A stretch of DNA of 64,000 nt from Azolla caroliniana (lineage: Eukaryota; Plantae; Polypodiophyta), in NCBI GenBank assembly GCA_043228905.1, contig JBHGNT010000013.1, positions 19,282,001 through 19,346,000 of the forward strand, written 5' to 3'. Positions 51,886 to 64,000 of this stretch are shown in pieces; within the stretch, counting starts at the first letter, position 1; the number at the start of each line of letters is the position of its first letter. The translations under genes and the position numbers were made by a program. The notes below the pieces were generated by a model. That model had not been told where the DNA came from and did not search any database. It saw only the letters and a program-made list of their open reading frames with translations.

Positions 51886-52249
51886 GGTATTTTATGAAAA
51901 GCTCGATCGAGTTCTCGTTAACTTGATCTTATCTTTGCATGGTTTCTTGATTTTGGCAAAATGTACATTGAACATTATCTCTTGTGCATCATTGATCACT
52001 GAATGATCCCCTCCAACACCTTCAGTGGGTATTGAACCCTTAATCCACTTACATATTTCAATACGTAACTCTACCATTTTGAGTTACGCTCTAAGGGTAT
52101 AGCTTAGGCTTCTTCATATTCTCACCGTTTTGTTTCATGAACACTAGCCACAACTTGAATCCTAGCCTTCTCCGAAACTTGAGAGGTTTTGGCTTCGTTC
52201 TCCCTTTGCACGCGACATCATGGCAACGGTTTTCATAACTTAATGGTTG

Positions 52250-52400
52250 GCACGTGGACAAACATATAGCTTTGACATTACATCTCTAAAGGCATCTACT
52301 AGAATAGTGTGAAATCGGACTAAGTGTCCACGTATGCCACCCACAACGTGCCTTACATGCAAAAGCACGTGATTTTGGGCACACTCCATCCCTATATAAC
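52250..52400 (+). promoter_or_regulatory. ABA-responsive promoter of the Em gene
   Basis: ACGT cores at 52251 (CACGTG), 52329, 52345 and 52366 (CACGTG), RY-like CATGCA 52356-52361, TATATAA 52393-52399. Confidence 0.75.
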
Positions 52401-52638
52401 TAACTCATGCAGCTTTCTGTTCATCTCATGTTGTCAATCTGTGGCTTTCTGCTGGTGGTTAGAAGAGAGGTAATGCGGTGTTGAGCTCTTTGATTGTGAG
52501 TCCCTTCAAATCATATACTATTTTGCTTCTGCCTGCAGCTGTAATTTCGTTCCGTGCTCGCAACTGTCACGGGAGAGTTTATTTATTTATTTTGAAGTGC
52601 TGTTTTTAATCTTTACCGGAGTTCCATTATATATCATC

Positions 52639-53068
52639 ATGTCGGAGGAGGAGTCAGGAGCTTCGCGCGATGAATTGGATCGCAGAGCTCGATCCGGAGA
52701 AACTGTGGTGCCTGGAGGCACCGGTGGCAAGAGTCTAGAAGCCCAAGAGCATCTCGCCGAGGGTAAGTACATCAGGCGGAGTCATCCGAGCAAATTTTTC
52801 TCTTTTTTCTTTGGGCAGCTAGGGCATATATATATATATCAAAAGTAAGTATGATGCATGAATGCTAATTGGATCGAGCACATTTTCGGTCATGCTAGGG
52901 CGTAGCAAAGGGGGACAGACGCGGAAGGAGCAGTTGGGGCGGGAAGGCTATCAGGAGATGGGGAGAAAGGGTGGGCTCTCGACGATGGAGGAGTCGGGAG
53001 CGGAAGCAGCCCAAGAGAAAGGAATAGAGATTGATGAATCCAAGTACAGGACCAGCCAGCCCCAGTAA
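52639..53068 (+). CDS. Em: Group 1 LEA (Em / small hydrophilic seed protein), 97 aa; exons 52639-52762 and 52899-53068
   Basis: [23 protein letters not shown]|[27 protein letters not shown]...GIEIDESKY, with a GT-AG intron at the usual Em position. Confidence 0.96.
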
Positions 53069-53149
53069 AAGCAAGTTCCAGTACTATTTGGGCCATGGGC
53101 CTTTCATGTCTCTTGATGTAAATATGCTTTTGTGCATAGTAGATGAAGA

Positions 53150-53180
<31 letters not shown>

Positions 53181-54816
53181 ACGTTTCTTCATAACTTTGT
53201 GTACATATAATTGTATGCCTTTCTTTGTTTCCATGCTCATCAATTGAATCCTCACTTAGTAATAGTACTTGGATTCCTAGTTTCCTCAATGGACACGGTT
53301 GGAGGATGAGTTAGTTGCTACACTTGGTTGTCAAGACACTTGATCTCAGAGATTAACCCTGTGGCCTTTTAACATGTTTCATAAAGAATTATCTTTTCTT
53401 GGAAAAATTGTCTCTAAATGTCTTTAATGTGTTCCTTTTATCTAAAATCCATTTACCTTTGATATTTGTTACCTGATGTACATGACATTTTGAACGGGTC
53501 TTTAATATCAGAGTTTGTTAAATGCATATACCTTTGATATTTGTCTAATGATCTACATCACATCAGAATGCTTTTCTTTGTGAGTATGCGAAGTGGCAAT
53601 GCAATTTTCATAAGTTGAATCTCTAGTCCTAATAGGATGGGGATTAATCAAGCCTGCATCCCAGGGCCTATTTGTGCACTTCGGTTTTCTTGTTAGGGTT
53701 TTGCATCCACAATGTTGATTATGCTGATAGTTGGTAGATTTTATTTCAATGCTTTATCTGCAATTACTCAATCCTGGGGAACTGAGTGTATATGAGAATT
53801 TCTTGATTGATTGAACGTTGAATTGCACAAGTGGAATTGATGCAAACAACTTGTCAGACTTTGTTTCCCATGGTTTCCCTGGGTTATCTGCAATTACTCG
53901 TTCAGAGAACTTGAACGTATGAGAAACGATTGTAAATGTGGACCTGATGATGAGAATGAACCACTGCCCCGTCATTGTGTTTCTTTACAGAATTGCATAT
54001 CTATACATTTAGCCGTGGTGTACCAGCAGTTTACAACTGGTCAATTTATGTAAACGGTCACAGGATTGAAGATAAAAATTTTAGGGCTGGATAATTGTCA
54101 AAACAGGCAATGTAATATATTATTAGTAAGGTAGCATGGATAGTCATCATGCTACTGCATATGAGATTAGTGCCAATATGGCCTGTAGATATAGAATAGA
54201 ACGATTCTTTTGTGGGACAGATAAAAGTATCCATGAATTTTCAGAAGATCCTCATATATCAACAATTTGATCTTCCAAGAGGAAATAAAGTTGCAATAAT
54301 TTAGCACCATTACCCTGTAGAAGAGTTTGCAGATATAGAACGATTACCATGAGTAAAGTATCCATGAATTTCCAAGTGATCTTCGTATATATCAACAATT
54401 ACATCTTCGTTAGTTTTGTAATTGTTAATTCTTTTCAGTGCCCATTCGCGATTGAATTGTCAGACATGCCCCCTTAAGTGGGATTTCATGTCCCGCATTT
54501 TTCGGACATTACTCTCACCACAAAACTTTTGCCTTGGGGGAAATTTAATTGGTTATTTGATCTCAAAAGGCTTGTACATCTCTAGAAGGGGTGGTTATGA
54601 GCTCATTCACCACCAAAATTCCTTTACCCACAATAACATGGTCATCATGTCCACCATGTAATGGATGCAATAGAAACTTGCCTATGATGCTACTCACTCC
54701 TAGATTAAAGAAAGCCACCATATTGAGAGCATACAACACATATTTCTTGGACATCAAATCAATCGTTTTCTCTCCCTCTTATACAATACCTGCATAGAAA
54801 CCATCAAATTTAGGGG

Positions 54817-54947
54817 AACTGAGATGTCTAAGTTCGGCCTCTGATCTTTTTCAAACTCAGATGTCTAAATTCGGCCTCTGATCTTTTTCAAACTCCGATG
54901 TCTAAATTCGGCCTCTGCTCTTTTTCGAACTCAGATGTCTAAATTCG
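54817..54947. repeat. 37-bp tandem repeat, ~3.5 copies
   Basis: aactcagatgtctaaattcggcctctgatctttttca units at 54817, 54854, 54891 and 54928. Confidence 0.95.
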
Positions 54948-55282
54948 ACAAGTAAGCATTCTCGTAAACTCAATGGATTCTTGGCCCAATACTTTCAAAG
55001 TTGTCGACCATCTATGTCGTGGTGAATGTCCAAATCTCCCTATACGTACCAATTTATTAAATGCAGGCATCCCAGAATCACACAAACCACCCAAGGAAAT
55101 GGCGAACTAAACACACAAAGGAGGCTATATATACATACATACAGCTTCAATGGAGAGAAGATACACACGGCTACCAATGAGAGAAGTGACACTCAGAATG
55201 TACATGATTGTTCCAAATACAATCAAAGTTCGTGCTGCTACTTGAATGTTTGATACACTCATAATCAGGCAATTTGATTGTT

Positions 55283-56129
55283 TCATTCTGTCAACTGCTC
55301 CTTTTCTTCAGTTGGATCCTGTGAATCCACCTCAGTCTGTACCTCCACTTCTACTACACTGAATTTGAAAGCAGCCAAATGATCATCACCTACACCATAA
55401 ATCAGGGCACAATTGTGGGTTGTAAATCATAAATTGGGAAAGATATGGTCGCAGACATGGAGTATGGAAAACGTAGATGTACAAACCGAAGGTAATGCGA
55501 CTGCCAGGCGGAACTGGTGTACCCGCTCCAGCCTTGATTTGCCTGTCATTGATGTATGTGCCATTTGTGCTGCCCAAATCTGTGACATAGAGTGTCCCAC
55601 CTTTTCTCTCCAGTCGGGCGTGGACTCCTGAAACTATTCATGTATACAAATTGGAAGATCAATGATCTCTCCCAATAAGTAATCATCAACTACTCTCGTA
55701 TCATGGTCTCTTTTATTATACCTGTAGCAATCGGTAGCACAATATCAGCTTTCTCAGGGACTCGACCGAGTGTTGCCGCATCCTATACATTATAATGACG
55801 GAAACAATCAATGACATATTGGTGCGACTTGTAGAAATGGGTTCATGTATTCTACCCTACCATGACTACAAGAAAGAAAGTAAAACAATTACAAGATCAC
55901 AAGAATAACACAGCCCTCAAGGACACAATGACCTCTGTGCATATATGTGGAAGAAGAAAATATCCAACTCACACTTGATATCTCAATGGCTTCTGGTAAT
56001 GGAACCGCCTCATTCAGGTGCTTGCAATCTCCATCGCCTGCATGTATGTATGGTATCGTATGTATGTATGGTATCGTATGTATGTATGTATGTATGTATG
56101 TATGTATGTATGTATGTATGTATGGTATA

Positions 56130-56160
<31 letters not shown>

Positions 56161-56221
56161 GTGTGTGTATGTGCACAATTGGACAAGGAACAACGAGATC
56201 TCGTTGTATGTATGTATGGTA

Positions 56222-56256
<35 letters not shown>

Positions 56257-56766
56257 GCATACATACATACATACATACCATACCATACATACATATGTAT
56301 GTATGTATGTATGTGTGTGTGATGCAGTTTTGAAAATAAAAAAGATTGCACAGAGTAATTCAAAGAGGGAACTACCGATGGGCTGAAGGATCCATTTAAT
56401 CTCTGCGACCGTAAAGAAGCGGAGGGAGGCAGCAGCAGCAGCAGATGATGATGATGATGATCTGTGGTGGTGATGCAGAGACGGAATACCAGGTATGCCA
56501 AAAGAAGGAAGAGTTGGAAGTAGAGGAGAGTTAGACAGAGCAGGAGGAGGGTGAAGAGTACTGGTGGCCATACATGGAGGCACAGAAGTATAACAACGGA
56601 GACATGGCAATCGCTGGCGGGAAGGGAGGTTGGGGTAGCTGCGGAATGATGAAGTCTGGAGGGGCAGAAGATGATGATCATCAGCTCCAGCTCCTCCTCC
56701 TCCTGCAGATGTTAGAGACAATCCATAGCCATATTCATATACAGCAACAGCAGTGGAAGTGGACAT
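55283..56766 (-). CDS. SMAD/FHA domain protein, probably plastid-targeted, 256 aa; exons 56766-56376, 56037-55973, 55782-55722, 55633-55487, 55389-55283
   Basis: All introns GT-AG with consistent phases. KWILQPIGDGDCKHL...LGRVPEKAD...VSGVHARL...VTDLGSTNGTYIN...ITFGDDHLA gives the FHA GR/SxxH/STNGT motifs. Ser-rich N-terminus. Confidence 0.9.
56040..56322. repeat. Compound (TATG)n/(TG)n microsatellite filling intron 1 of the FHA gene
   Basis: Directly visible. Confidence 0.95.
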
Positions 56767-56774
56767 GGGGCTAC

Positions 56775-56809
<35 letters not shown>

Positions 56810-57224
56810 GTGCCGATCTCGACTCTGAACTCTGTGTGTGTGTCTCTCTCTCTAGACTCTCTCTCTCTCAGACTCTTGTCTCTGTCTGGACTGGGAGAGG
56901 AAGGAGAGCGACATCCACGTGGCTTCTGATGATTGGCAGGGTGCAGGCCTTCAAATATCCTTTTTGTGATCCACTATCAATCTTTCTTTCTTTCTTTCTT
57001 TTATGGAAAAGTGAATGGATGAAGAAGAAGAAGAAGCAGAAGAAGAAGAAGCCCACCGAGGAATGGGACCAGGAGCAAAGGTCAAATAATAACGAAGGCC
57101 GACGAGGTAATCGCGGCGGCCATAGACGGTGCAGGGCGCTCAGCTGACGGCGCGCATGGGATCTGCATTATCCGATGTGGATAAAAAACAAAAAGGCACA
57201 CCAGTGAAAAAATTGTGACCGTCT

Positions 57225-57845
57225 AGACACCCGACCCGACACCCTGCTCTATTTTTCAGACACCTTGCTCTATCTTCATACACCCTGCTCTATTTTTCAG
57301 ACACCTTGCTCTATCTTCATACACCCTGCTCTATTTTCAGGCACCTTTGATGATCATTGTTAGAACACCCTGCCCTATTTTTTAAACACCTTGCTGATAA
57401 TTGGCGGACACCTTCCTCTATTTTCATACGCCCTGTTGATAAGACACCCTACCCTCCCTGCTCTATTTTTTAAACATCTTGTTGATAATTGTCGGACACC
57501 TTGCTAATCATTGTTAGACACCTACAAGATGTTTGATAATCTTTTCTTAAAAGAATTGTATCTTGGAACACCTTGATCGGTGGCTATGTAGATAATGGAT
57601 ACAATTGTAGTGCTTTGGAATTATCAGAAAGGTTGGAGAAAGAGAGCATAATACTTGGAGTAATATATCTGGATAATATGTTGTTGGGAAGGGTAGTCGC
57701 TTCCTTTCCATCAATTTGTATTTTGTAGTTGATATGTTTTTTAAAACTAATGGAAGGATATGTTTTTTTGTTAAAAAAACAATTCATTGTTAGACACCCT
57801 GCTCTATTTTCGGACATGTTATCGATAATTGTCAAACACTTTGCT
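57225..57845. repeat. Cluster of acaccctgctctatttt repeats, probably a non-autonomous DNA transposon
   Basis: Roughly ten or more copies of acacc(c/t)tgctctat-like units. Termini not resolved. Confidence 0.6.
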
Positions 57846-57959
57846 GAAATTAAACATGAAACCCTCAGAAAAATTGGGAAGTGTAAAAAACTAAAATTGG
57901 CATCAAAATGTTACATCATAACTCCACTAAAAAAACCTCAATCTTCCGATTACACTAAA

Positions 57960-58420
57960 CTTTTTTTTCTTTTTTTTTCCAAAATGAAGCTACTTTCCCA
58001 TTAGTTAGGAAGGATTATTACAAAGAGTCTGTATAGGGAGGCTTATACATAGATCGAGGAATCTCCCTCCAATCAAGTTCAAGAAAATGAGACTAGTTAC
58101 ATTGTCTTTCGGATTGGCTACTTAATGTAAGTACCTATAGCTAAAAACGGTGCCCTTCAGTGATGGCTAGTACAAGACACCTCCTAGGGTCGACAACGAA
58201 AGGAGCGTGTTAAGTGAGCTAGAAACAGCCAGCGTGCGGGATGGTAGTTCCACCTCGGGCCACTTCCTCCTTGTGTCACCATAGCCGTGTTCCACCATTT
58301 CTGCCAAAAGAGCAAACGAGCAGTAACCATGTCATTGGAATGGCTGCAAACCTCGTCCAATTGCCCTCGTAAGCAGCTGATAAGCGCAAACCATATGTCC
58401 ATTATCACTTCCTTCGGGGG
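57960..58420 (-). mobile_element. 5'-truncated LINE insertion with A-tail and 14-bp TSD
   Basis: TSD ccgattacactaaa at 57946-57959 and 58421-58434, poly-T on + at 57961-57978, minus ORF end ...GPRWNYHPARWLF resembling an ORF2 C-terminus. Confidence 0.85.
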
Positions 58421-59793
58421 CCGATTACACTAAAATTAATACAAAATCCAATATCTAACTTAACTTTATGTCCAATATCTAACTTCAACATTTAACACAT
58501 AGATGAGTTTGAAACATATAATTTAGACCACTCAATGAACAAGTCATATGGAACATGTTGTCTATATGCTTAGATAATTTTTGTGCACAAAGACGAAAAG
58601 CGCTTTTACAAGACAATCTCTCCATATCTAACAATGATATGAACCGGATTTGAGCATGTATTTCAATACAATATGATACCATAAATTAGCCATCATGAAA
58701 CAAGAAGAAATCCATAAGTAGAATACTAGAATGTATTTTAATACCAAATGATACAAACATTGGGTAAAACTCGGTAAACCATATGATTAGTATCTTCATT
58801 AGGTAAAACTAGGTCATCCATTCATATATATACACATGCAAAACTTTATGATATTATACATACAAAATGTGCCAAAAAGAGTATATTCATGTACAGAATG
58901 GGCCAATTAATTATTTTACAGAATGGCTGATTCATATAAAAAATGTGCAAAATGTGCTTAATCTCGGAGATTTTTGGACTTTATTGTAGGCTAGCGCTAC
59001 TATTATTATCACGCATCTCGCCCAATTGTGGTTTTGTTTGGAAGAATCGATGGAGTCCTTTCCCTACTCTACAAACCCAAGAGCATCCCCAGCTTATAGA
59101 TATTGTAAATCTACATGCCTTCCAAAACTGTTCTTCTCTCTCAATTTGGTTCCTTCATTATGATAAGCTGTAAATATGCACTCTGTTTTCGTACATTCTG
59201 CCATTGCTTCGCAGTCATTCTTCTGCAGTTATGGGTTCAGGACGCAAGAAGGCCAAAAGAAAAGGAAGTCTATGGATGTTATTGTGTGTGAGGAAGAGGA
59301 AGTTGAGGAAAGGAAATACAAACAAGAAACATGTCAATAGGGATAGTAATATGCAGGTAATGAAGAAAAGAGAATAAGAGATGTGATGAGTTTTATAGTC
59401 AAATCACATTTGAAGATTGAAAGCCATGCTGTTGATTATGGCCCTTTATCTCTTTATGTATGATTGGTAATCGAACATCACCCAAGGCGGAGAGAGATGC
59501 ATGATTAGGCTTTAAAGTTCAGGGTAATGAGTTTAAGGGTTGAGGTTTAAGGTCTCTGGTTGGGGTTCGGGATTTAATATTCTAGGATTTACACTAAGAT
59601 CTGGGGTTTGAGTGTTTGATGTTTAGGGTTTATGATGCATTCTCATGACTGGTTGCATTCGGCATATTCTTTTCTGATCCTTTTGATATTTGTTGCATAT
59701 TTGTTGTGCATATAGTAGTCATGTACCTAGTACTTTCCTATCCTGTATTGTAAACTTAACTATGAAGACAAAGGGAATGCGAAGGAAATCATC

Positions 59794-61812
59794 ATGGAGA
59801 GGATGAAAAGAGGTGGTGATGCAAATCTCAACAATAGAAATTTTCATGAATACCAAGTTGATTCTGATGGGATTTCTGGTGTTCTAGCCTTGTTGAAAGC
59901 TTGTATCAAGCAAAAGGATATACAGAGAGGTGGTCAAATGTGCAATGAGATCTTTAAAGCAAGGTTGGTTGAGAGGAACATTTATGTTGGTAATGCTGTA
60001 GTCCATATGTATGCTAAATGTGGTGACCTCGGGAAAGCTCAAGAAGTCTTTAATCATCTTCCAGTTCCAGATGTGGTCTCATGGACGACACTAATCTCAG
60101 GGTACACAAAACAAGGAAGAGCGGACATAGCACTACTTTGTTTTGATAACATGCAACAAGAGGGCATATGTGCAAATGAGACAACTTTAGCGTGTATCTT
60201 GAAATCTTGTGGGTGCACAAAATCTTGTCTTGATGGACAAAGGATACATGCTAAGGTTGCTGGAGAGGGTTTGCTCAAAAATAGCTATATTGTTGCCAAT
60301 GCATTGGTCGATATGTATGCAAAATGTGGTTTTCTTGGAAAAGCCCAAGAAGTGTTTGAGCAGCTAGAGCTTCGAGATGTCATTTCTTGGACTGCCCTGA
60401 TCACAGGATATGCACAACATGACCAAGGTGAGGAAGCAATAAATGCTTTTTACCACATGCAACAGGAGGGTATATGCCCCAATCTTGTGACATATGCATG
60501 TATTTTGAAAGCCTATGGCAGCATAAGAGACTTGGGGAAGGGTCGAGAGATACATGCTAAGATTGTTAACGATGTGTATCTAAAGGAACATAATGTCCTT
60601 GGAAATGCATTACTTGATATGTATGCTAAATGCGGTCTTCTAGGTGAAGCTAATAAGGTATTTAATGACTTGAAGGTTCAAGATGTAGTTTCATGGACTG
60701 CTTTAATTGCAGGATATGCAGGCTGTGGGCAATGTGAGGAAGCAATAGGTTTCTTTCAAACAATGCAAGCAAAGGGGATCACTCCGAATTCAGTAACATT
60801 TATATGTGTGTTAAAAGCTTGTTGCACTTCAGAAGCAATCCAAAAGGCTCATGAAATACATACGAAGAGCATCAATGATAAACTGCTCAAAAATAATTAT
60901 ATTGTTGGAAATGCACTTGTAGATATGTATGCCAAATGTGGCATGATTGAAAAAGCACAAGAAGTATTTGATCAGCTTCCAGTTCGTGACTGTACTGCAT
61001 GGAATGCCCTTATTGCAGGATACGCTCAACATGGCCACCATGATAAAGCATTTAACCACTTTGAAAGGCTGCAGATTAAAGGTTTCTCTCCGGATATTGT
61101 CACCTTTCTTAGCATCTTGCGTCTCTGTGCAGAGTTAGGGGCCGCATATAAGGGCCACAAGATACATATTCAAGTTATAAAACAGGGCTTATGTGAAAGG
61201 CACGATGTGGTTCTGGGCAGTGTTTTGATAGATATGTATGCTGGTTCTGGAATGCTTTCAGAAGCACAAGTTGTGTTTGATAAGATAGTCACTCATGATG
61301 TAGCCTCATGGACATCACTTATTCGAGGATACTCTCATTTTGGAAAGCATGATATTGTTTTCAACACTTTTAATAAAATGATGCAGAAAAGTGAAGAGCC
61401 AGATGCACTTACATTCACCATCATATTGAATGCGTGCAATCACGTAGGTTTACTCGAGATGGGGTTAAAGTATTTTGAAAGTAGTATAAATATAGGGTAT
61501 GGATTCACCCCTGATTTAGATCACTATACTTGTATTATTGATCTTCTGAGCCGAGCAGGGCATTTAGACAGGGCCATGGCCATGATCAAGAAAATGCCAT
61601 ATTTTGCTAATCTTGCAATATGGCATACTATATTGAGTGCTTGCCGAAACTGTGGAAATGTAGAGCTGGCAAGGCTAGCCTTTGACCATGCAGTACAATT
61701 GAATGAGAAGGATTTTGCTTCTTACCTATGTATGAGTAGTATTTATATGGCAGCTGGCATGAAACATAATGCTGAAGAAATTGAGACTATGAAACTGAAA
61801 AATGAAGTTTAG
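59794..61812 (+). CDS. PLS-class PPR protein with E domain, no DYW (organellar RNA-editing factor-like)
   Basis: Repeated NALVDMYAKCG..AQEVF..DVVSWTALI motifs, then HYTCIIDLLSRAGHL and E domain IWHTILSACRNCGNVELARLAF. True start may involve upstream exons. Confidence 0.95.
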   Translation: MERMKRGGDANLNNRNFHEYQVDSDGISGVLALLKACIKQKDIQRGGQMCNEIFKARLVERNIYVGNAVVHMYAKCGDLGKAQEVFNHLPVPDVVSWTTLISGYTKQGRADIALLCFDNMQQEGICANETTLACILKSCGCTKSCLDGQRIHAKVAGEGLLKNSYIVANALVDMYAKCGFLGKAQEVFEQLELRDVISWTALITGYAQHDQGEEAINAFYHMQQEGICPNLVTYACILKAYGSIRDLGKGREIHAKIVNDVYLKEHNVLGNALLDMYAKCGLLGEANKVFNDLKVQDVVSWTALIAGYAGCGQCEEAIGFFQTMQAKGITPNSVTFICVLKACCTSEAIQKAHEIHTKSINDKLLKNNYIVGNALVDMYAKCGMIEKAQEVFDQLPVRDCTAWNALIAGYAQHGHHDKAFNHFERLQIKGFSPDIVTFLSILRLCAELGAAYKGHKIHIQVIKQGLCERHDVVLGSVLIDMYAGSGMLSEAQVVFDKIVTHDVASWTSLIRGYSHFGKHDIVFNTFNKMMQKSEEPDALTFTIILNACNHVGLLEMGLKYFESSINIGYGFTPDLDHYTCIIDLLSRAGHLDRAMAMIKKMPYFANLAIWHTILSACRNCGNVELARLAFDHAVQLNEKDFASYLCMSSIYMAAGMKHNAEEIETMKLKNEV

Positions 61813-61817
61813 TAAGG

Positions 61818-62034
61818 GGCTTATATATCATTTTGGATCTTATTCTTGCTGAACGATTCATCAGTGACTTATGTACACGGATCCACAGTGTTTTCTATGT
61901 AAAGGACATCTTAATTACAATGGTTCAGGCTTATATATCACTTTGGATCTTATTATTGTTCAATGATTCATTGGTGACTTACCTACACGGATCCAGTGGT
62001 TTCTATGCAAAGGACATTTGAATTACAATGGTTC
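61818..62034. repeat. ~110-bp tandem duplication just after the PPR stop codon
   Basis: ggcttatatatca...attacaatggttc occurs twice. Confidence 0.9.
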
Positions 62035-62914
62035 CTATGGTTGGGGGTATTTTGGTCCTCAAGTACTACGTGACTAAAATACCCCTTAAAGCTAACCACC
62101 ATTAACATGTGCCTAAAATGAAAACACAGCAATCTAGCCTTTTGGGCCATTTAGCTGTTAAATGTACTATCAACTAAAATTGATCGAACCAAAGCTATGA
62201 TTTGATGCCATCCTAGCAGCACACAGCCTAATGTAAAATATTGGGATCCAGCTTACAAAAGGGAGATATGTAAAACAGAAAACAAAAAATGATACGGATA
62301 AAGTATCTAGAGTTGGAGAACATGTTAGAAGCACTTTCTACAAAAGCGTATTGGTGACTATCAAATTAGCCAACGTTTTCATACCATGTTACAATTGACA
62401 ATAGAATACTGTGGTACACTTTTATACCATGTTAGAATATAAGAATGGAGTTCGCAAAATGGTTTCAACAATGTTCTTCCCTGATTTCAACAGTTCTTTT
62501 TTTGCTACCTCTGCTCGAATCTTTGTTCTTTTGCAAACGGATTTGAGTACACATCTATACGAATGCAGCACATATTGATTTCATTTTGATCTCCAGTTTC
62601 TCCAGAACATGCAGGTATTATCTCACATTTTCACATCATGTTTGGAGCTTCTTCAAATCAGAAAGAATTTGCTACAGCAATAAAAAAATGGATGAATTGA
62701 TGATCAGCGATTGAGTAGAGCATTCCTACCATGCACTAAGTGGGTTGTTACGTAAGACCATCAGAAACCCCCACAATGCATCCAAAAAGAACGCTCAATG
62801 GCCTCTGATACGCTGAGACTGATCAGACATTGGACTTTTTCATCATTTGACTCAATCACTAACACAGTGACCATGGACATCGATGGCATACATGATTAAC
62901 ACTTACTAACTGAT

Positions 62915-63909
62915 TCAATCACTTAGAGAGAGGAACATGGCTACTCCCCTCCTCACCCAATGGTCAGGGGGCATGTCTGTGGGCATTTCCACATTAGTAA
63001 CGAAATTGGAAGAATGTCCAGTTGTAGCCAAAACACCTCGTCTTTCAGTCGTTCGGTACAATGGGCACACATAGCAATGTGAAACCTTTTTTTTGCTCAT
63101 CTCCACTGGTTTCAACCATATCATTGGAGCAGCTGAAAACAAGACTTTGGGCTCAGACTCAGCAAGCATCATTCGTTTATCATCCCAACGAGCTCCTTCT
63201 ACAAACATACCATACACATATACTCCATCTTCAGGGATTTGATCATAAGATCCTTCCTTTGGCATGCAGACAAACTCATAGGTGACTGTATCAATTGGGA
63301 TCTTGTATTTCCGTGCGTAGTTTTGCAACACGGCTGTAAGAAAAGCATGTGTAAAGAAAAAGCCACTTATCCAGAACTTAGGTGGGGGGCCTTTTTCCAT
63401 CCATGTAGAGAACATGTTCAAATGCTGGATTAGATCGACGACATAGCTACTCAATGGCTTCAGAGATGGGAATGACTTAGCAGCCCACATGGTTGGAACC
63501 TTGCCGTTATAAATGCTGTTAGCTACATTTTCAATCTCGGCTGACATGACAACCAGCCCTTTCAATGTCTTCTGGAGAACTTGAAGACTTGACCGGATGA
63601 CCTGCAATGTAACATCCAGTATTTTCACCATTTTACTTGATGCATGCTTGAAGTTTTGGAAATCATTTGAGCCCCTTTATTCATAAATATATTCTGTGTG
63701 AGAGTATCATAGTTATTTACCTCGGTTAAATTGTTGTATCTTGTCATTTCCTGGTGAAGCACCGAGTTCATGCTTTCCATATATTGTACAGGGTATCGAT
63801 ATTGGGCAAGTTCAATGTCAAATGGTGCTGGAAGCCTGTTTAGCATATCCTGCACAATGTCTAAAATCACATCCTCCCGGCTACGGCCACCTGTTTTGGC
63901 CGCATTACT
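62915..63909 (-). CDS. Axonemal dynein heavy chain (single-headed inner-arm, DNAH7/1/3-like), last two exons 63909-63721 and 63601-62915; gene continues beyond window
   Basis: YPVQYMESMNSVLHQEMTRYNNL, WAAKSFPSLKPL, FWISGFFFTHAFLTAVLQNYARK, YGMFVEGARWD, CPLYRTTERRGVLATTGHSSNFV, HWVRRGVA. Phase-0 GT-AG intron. Confidence 0.95.
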
Positions 63910-64000
63910 CTGTAAAACAACAATAGTAGGCAAACTGAGCTAACTAGTTCAAGAGAAATCTACTGTTAATTCAATTGCAAAACTTTTCTCTAAGTTCTAG

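Noticed and set aside
54817-54947. 37-bp repeats resembling CRISPR repeat length
   Set aside because: Head-to-tail with no unique spacers, eukaryotic context, no cas genes
55889-56386. Long HTYI/CMYV ORFs
   Set aside because: Stop-free microsatellite within intron 1 of the FHA gene

Overview
Eukaryotic plant nuclear DNA from a lineage with flagellated sperm. It carries the 3' end of an axonemal dynein heavy chain gene. With the short PLS-E PPR gene and microsatellite-rich, TE-dense context, a fern is my best inference. Positions 1-29 kb are a stack of nested transposons. A chromodomain-bearing Ty3/gypsy element with an uninterrupted ORF is inserted in the leader of a copia element, which sits in a CACTA-like element carrying a decayed Ulp1 protease gene. 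A collapsed gypsy LTR follows. Then comes a three-level nest: copia A (+) contains copia B (-), which contains a deleted tRNA-Trp-primed gypsy and a gypsy solo LTR. Positions 31.8-32.9 kb hold a SUPERMAN/RBE-like C2H2-EAR gene. Next are a truncated copia whose LTR hosts an unusual SINE with two opposed tRNA-like modules, then ~13 kb of decayed hAT-like DNA with a MITE and a miRNA-like hairpin. Positions 52.6-64 kb are a gene island: a group-1 LEA (Em) gene with an ABRE/RY promoter, a 5-exon FHA-domain gene, a PLS-E PPR gene and the dynein 3' end. No CRISPR, rRNA or intact tRNA genes were seen. All counts and alignments were made by eye.
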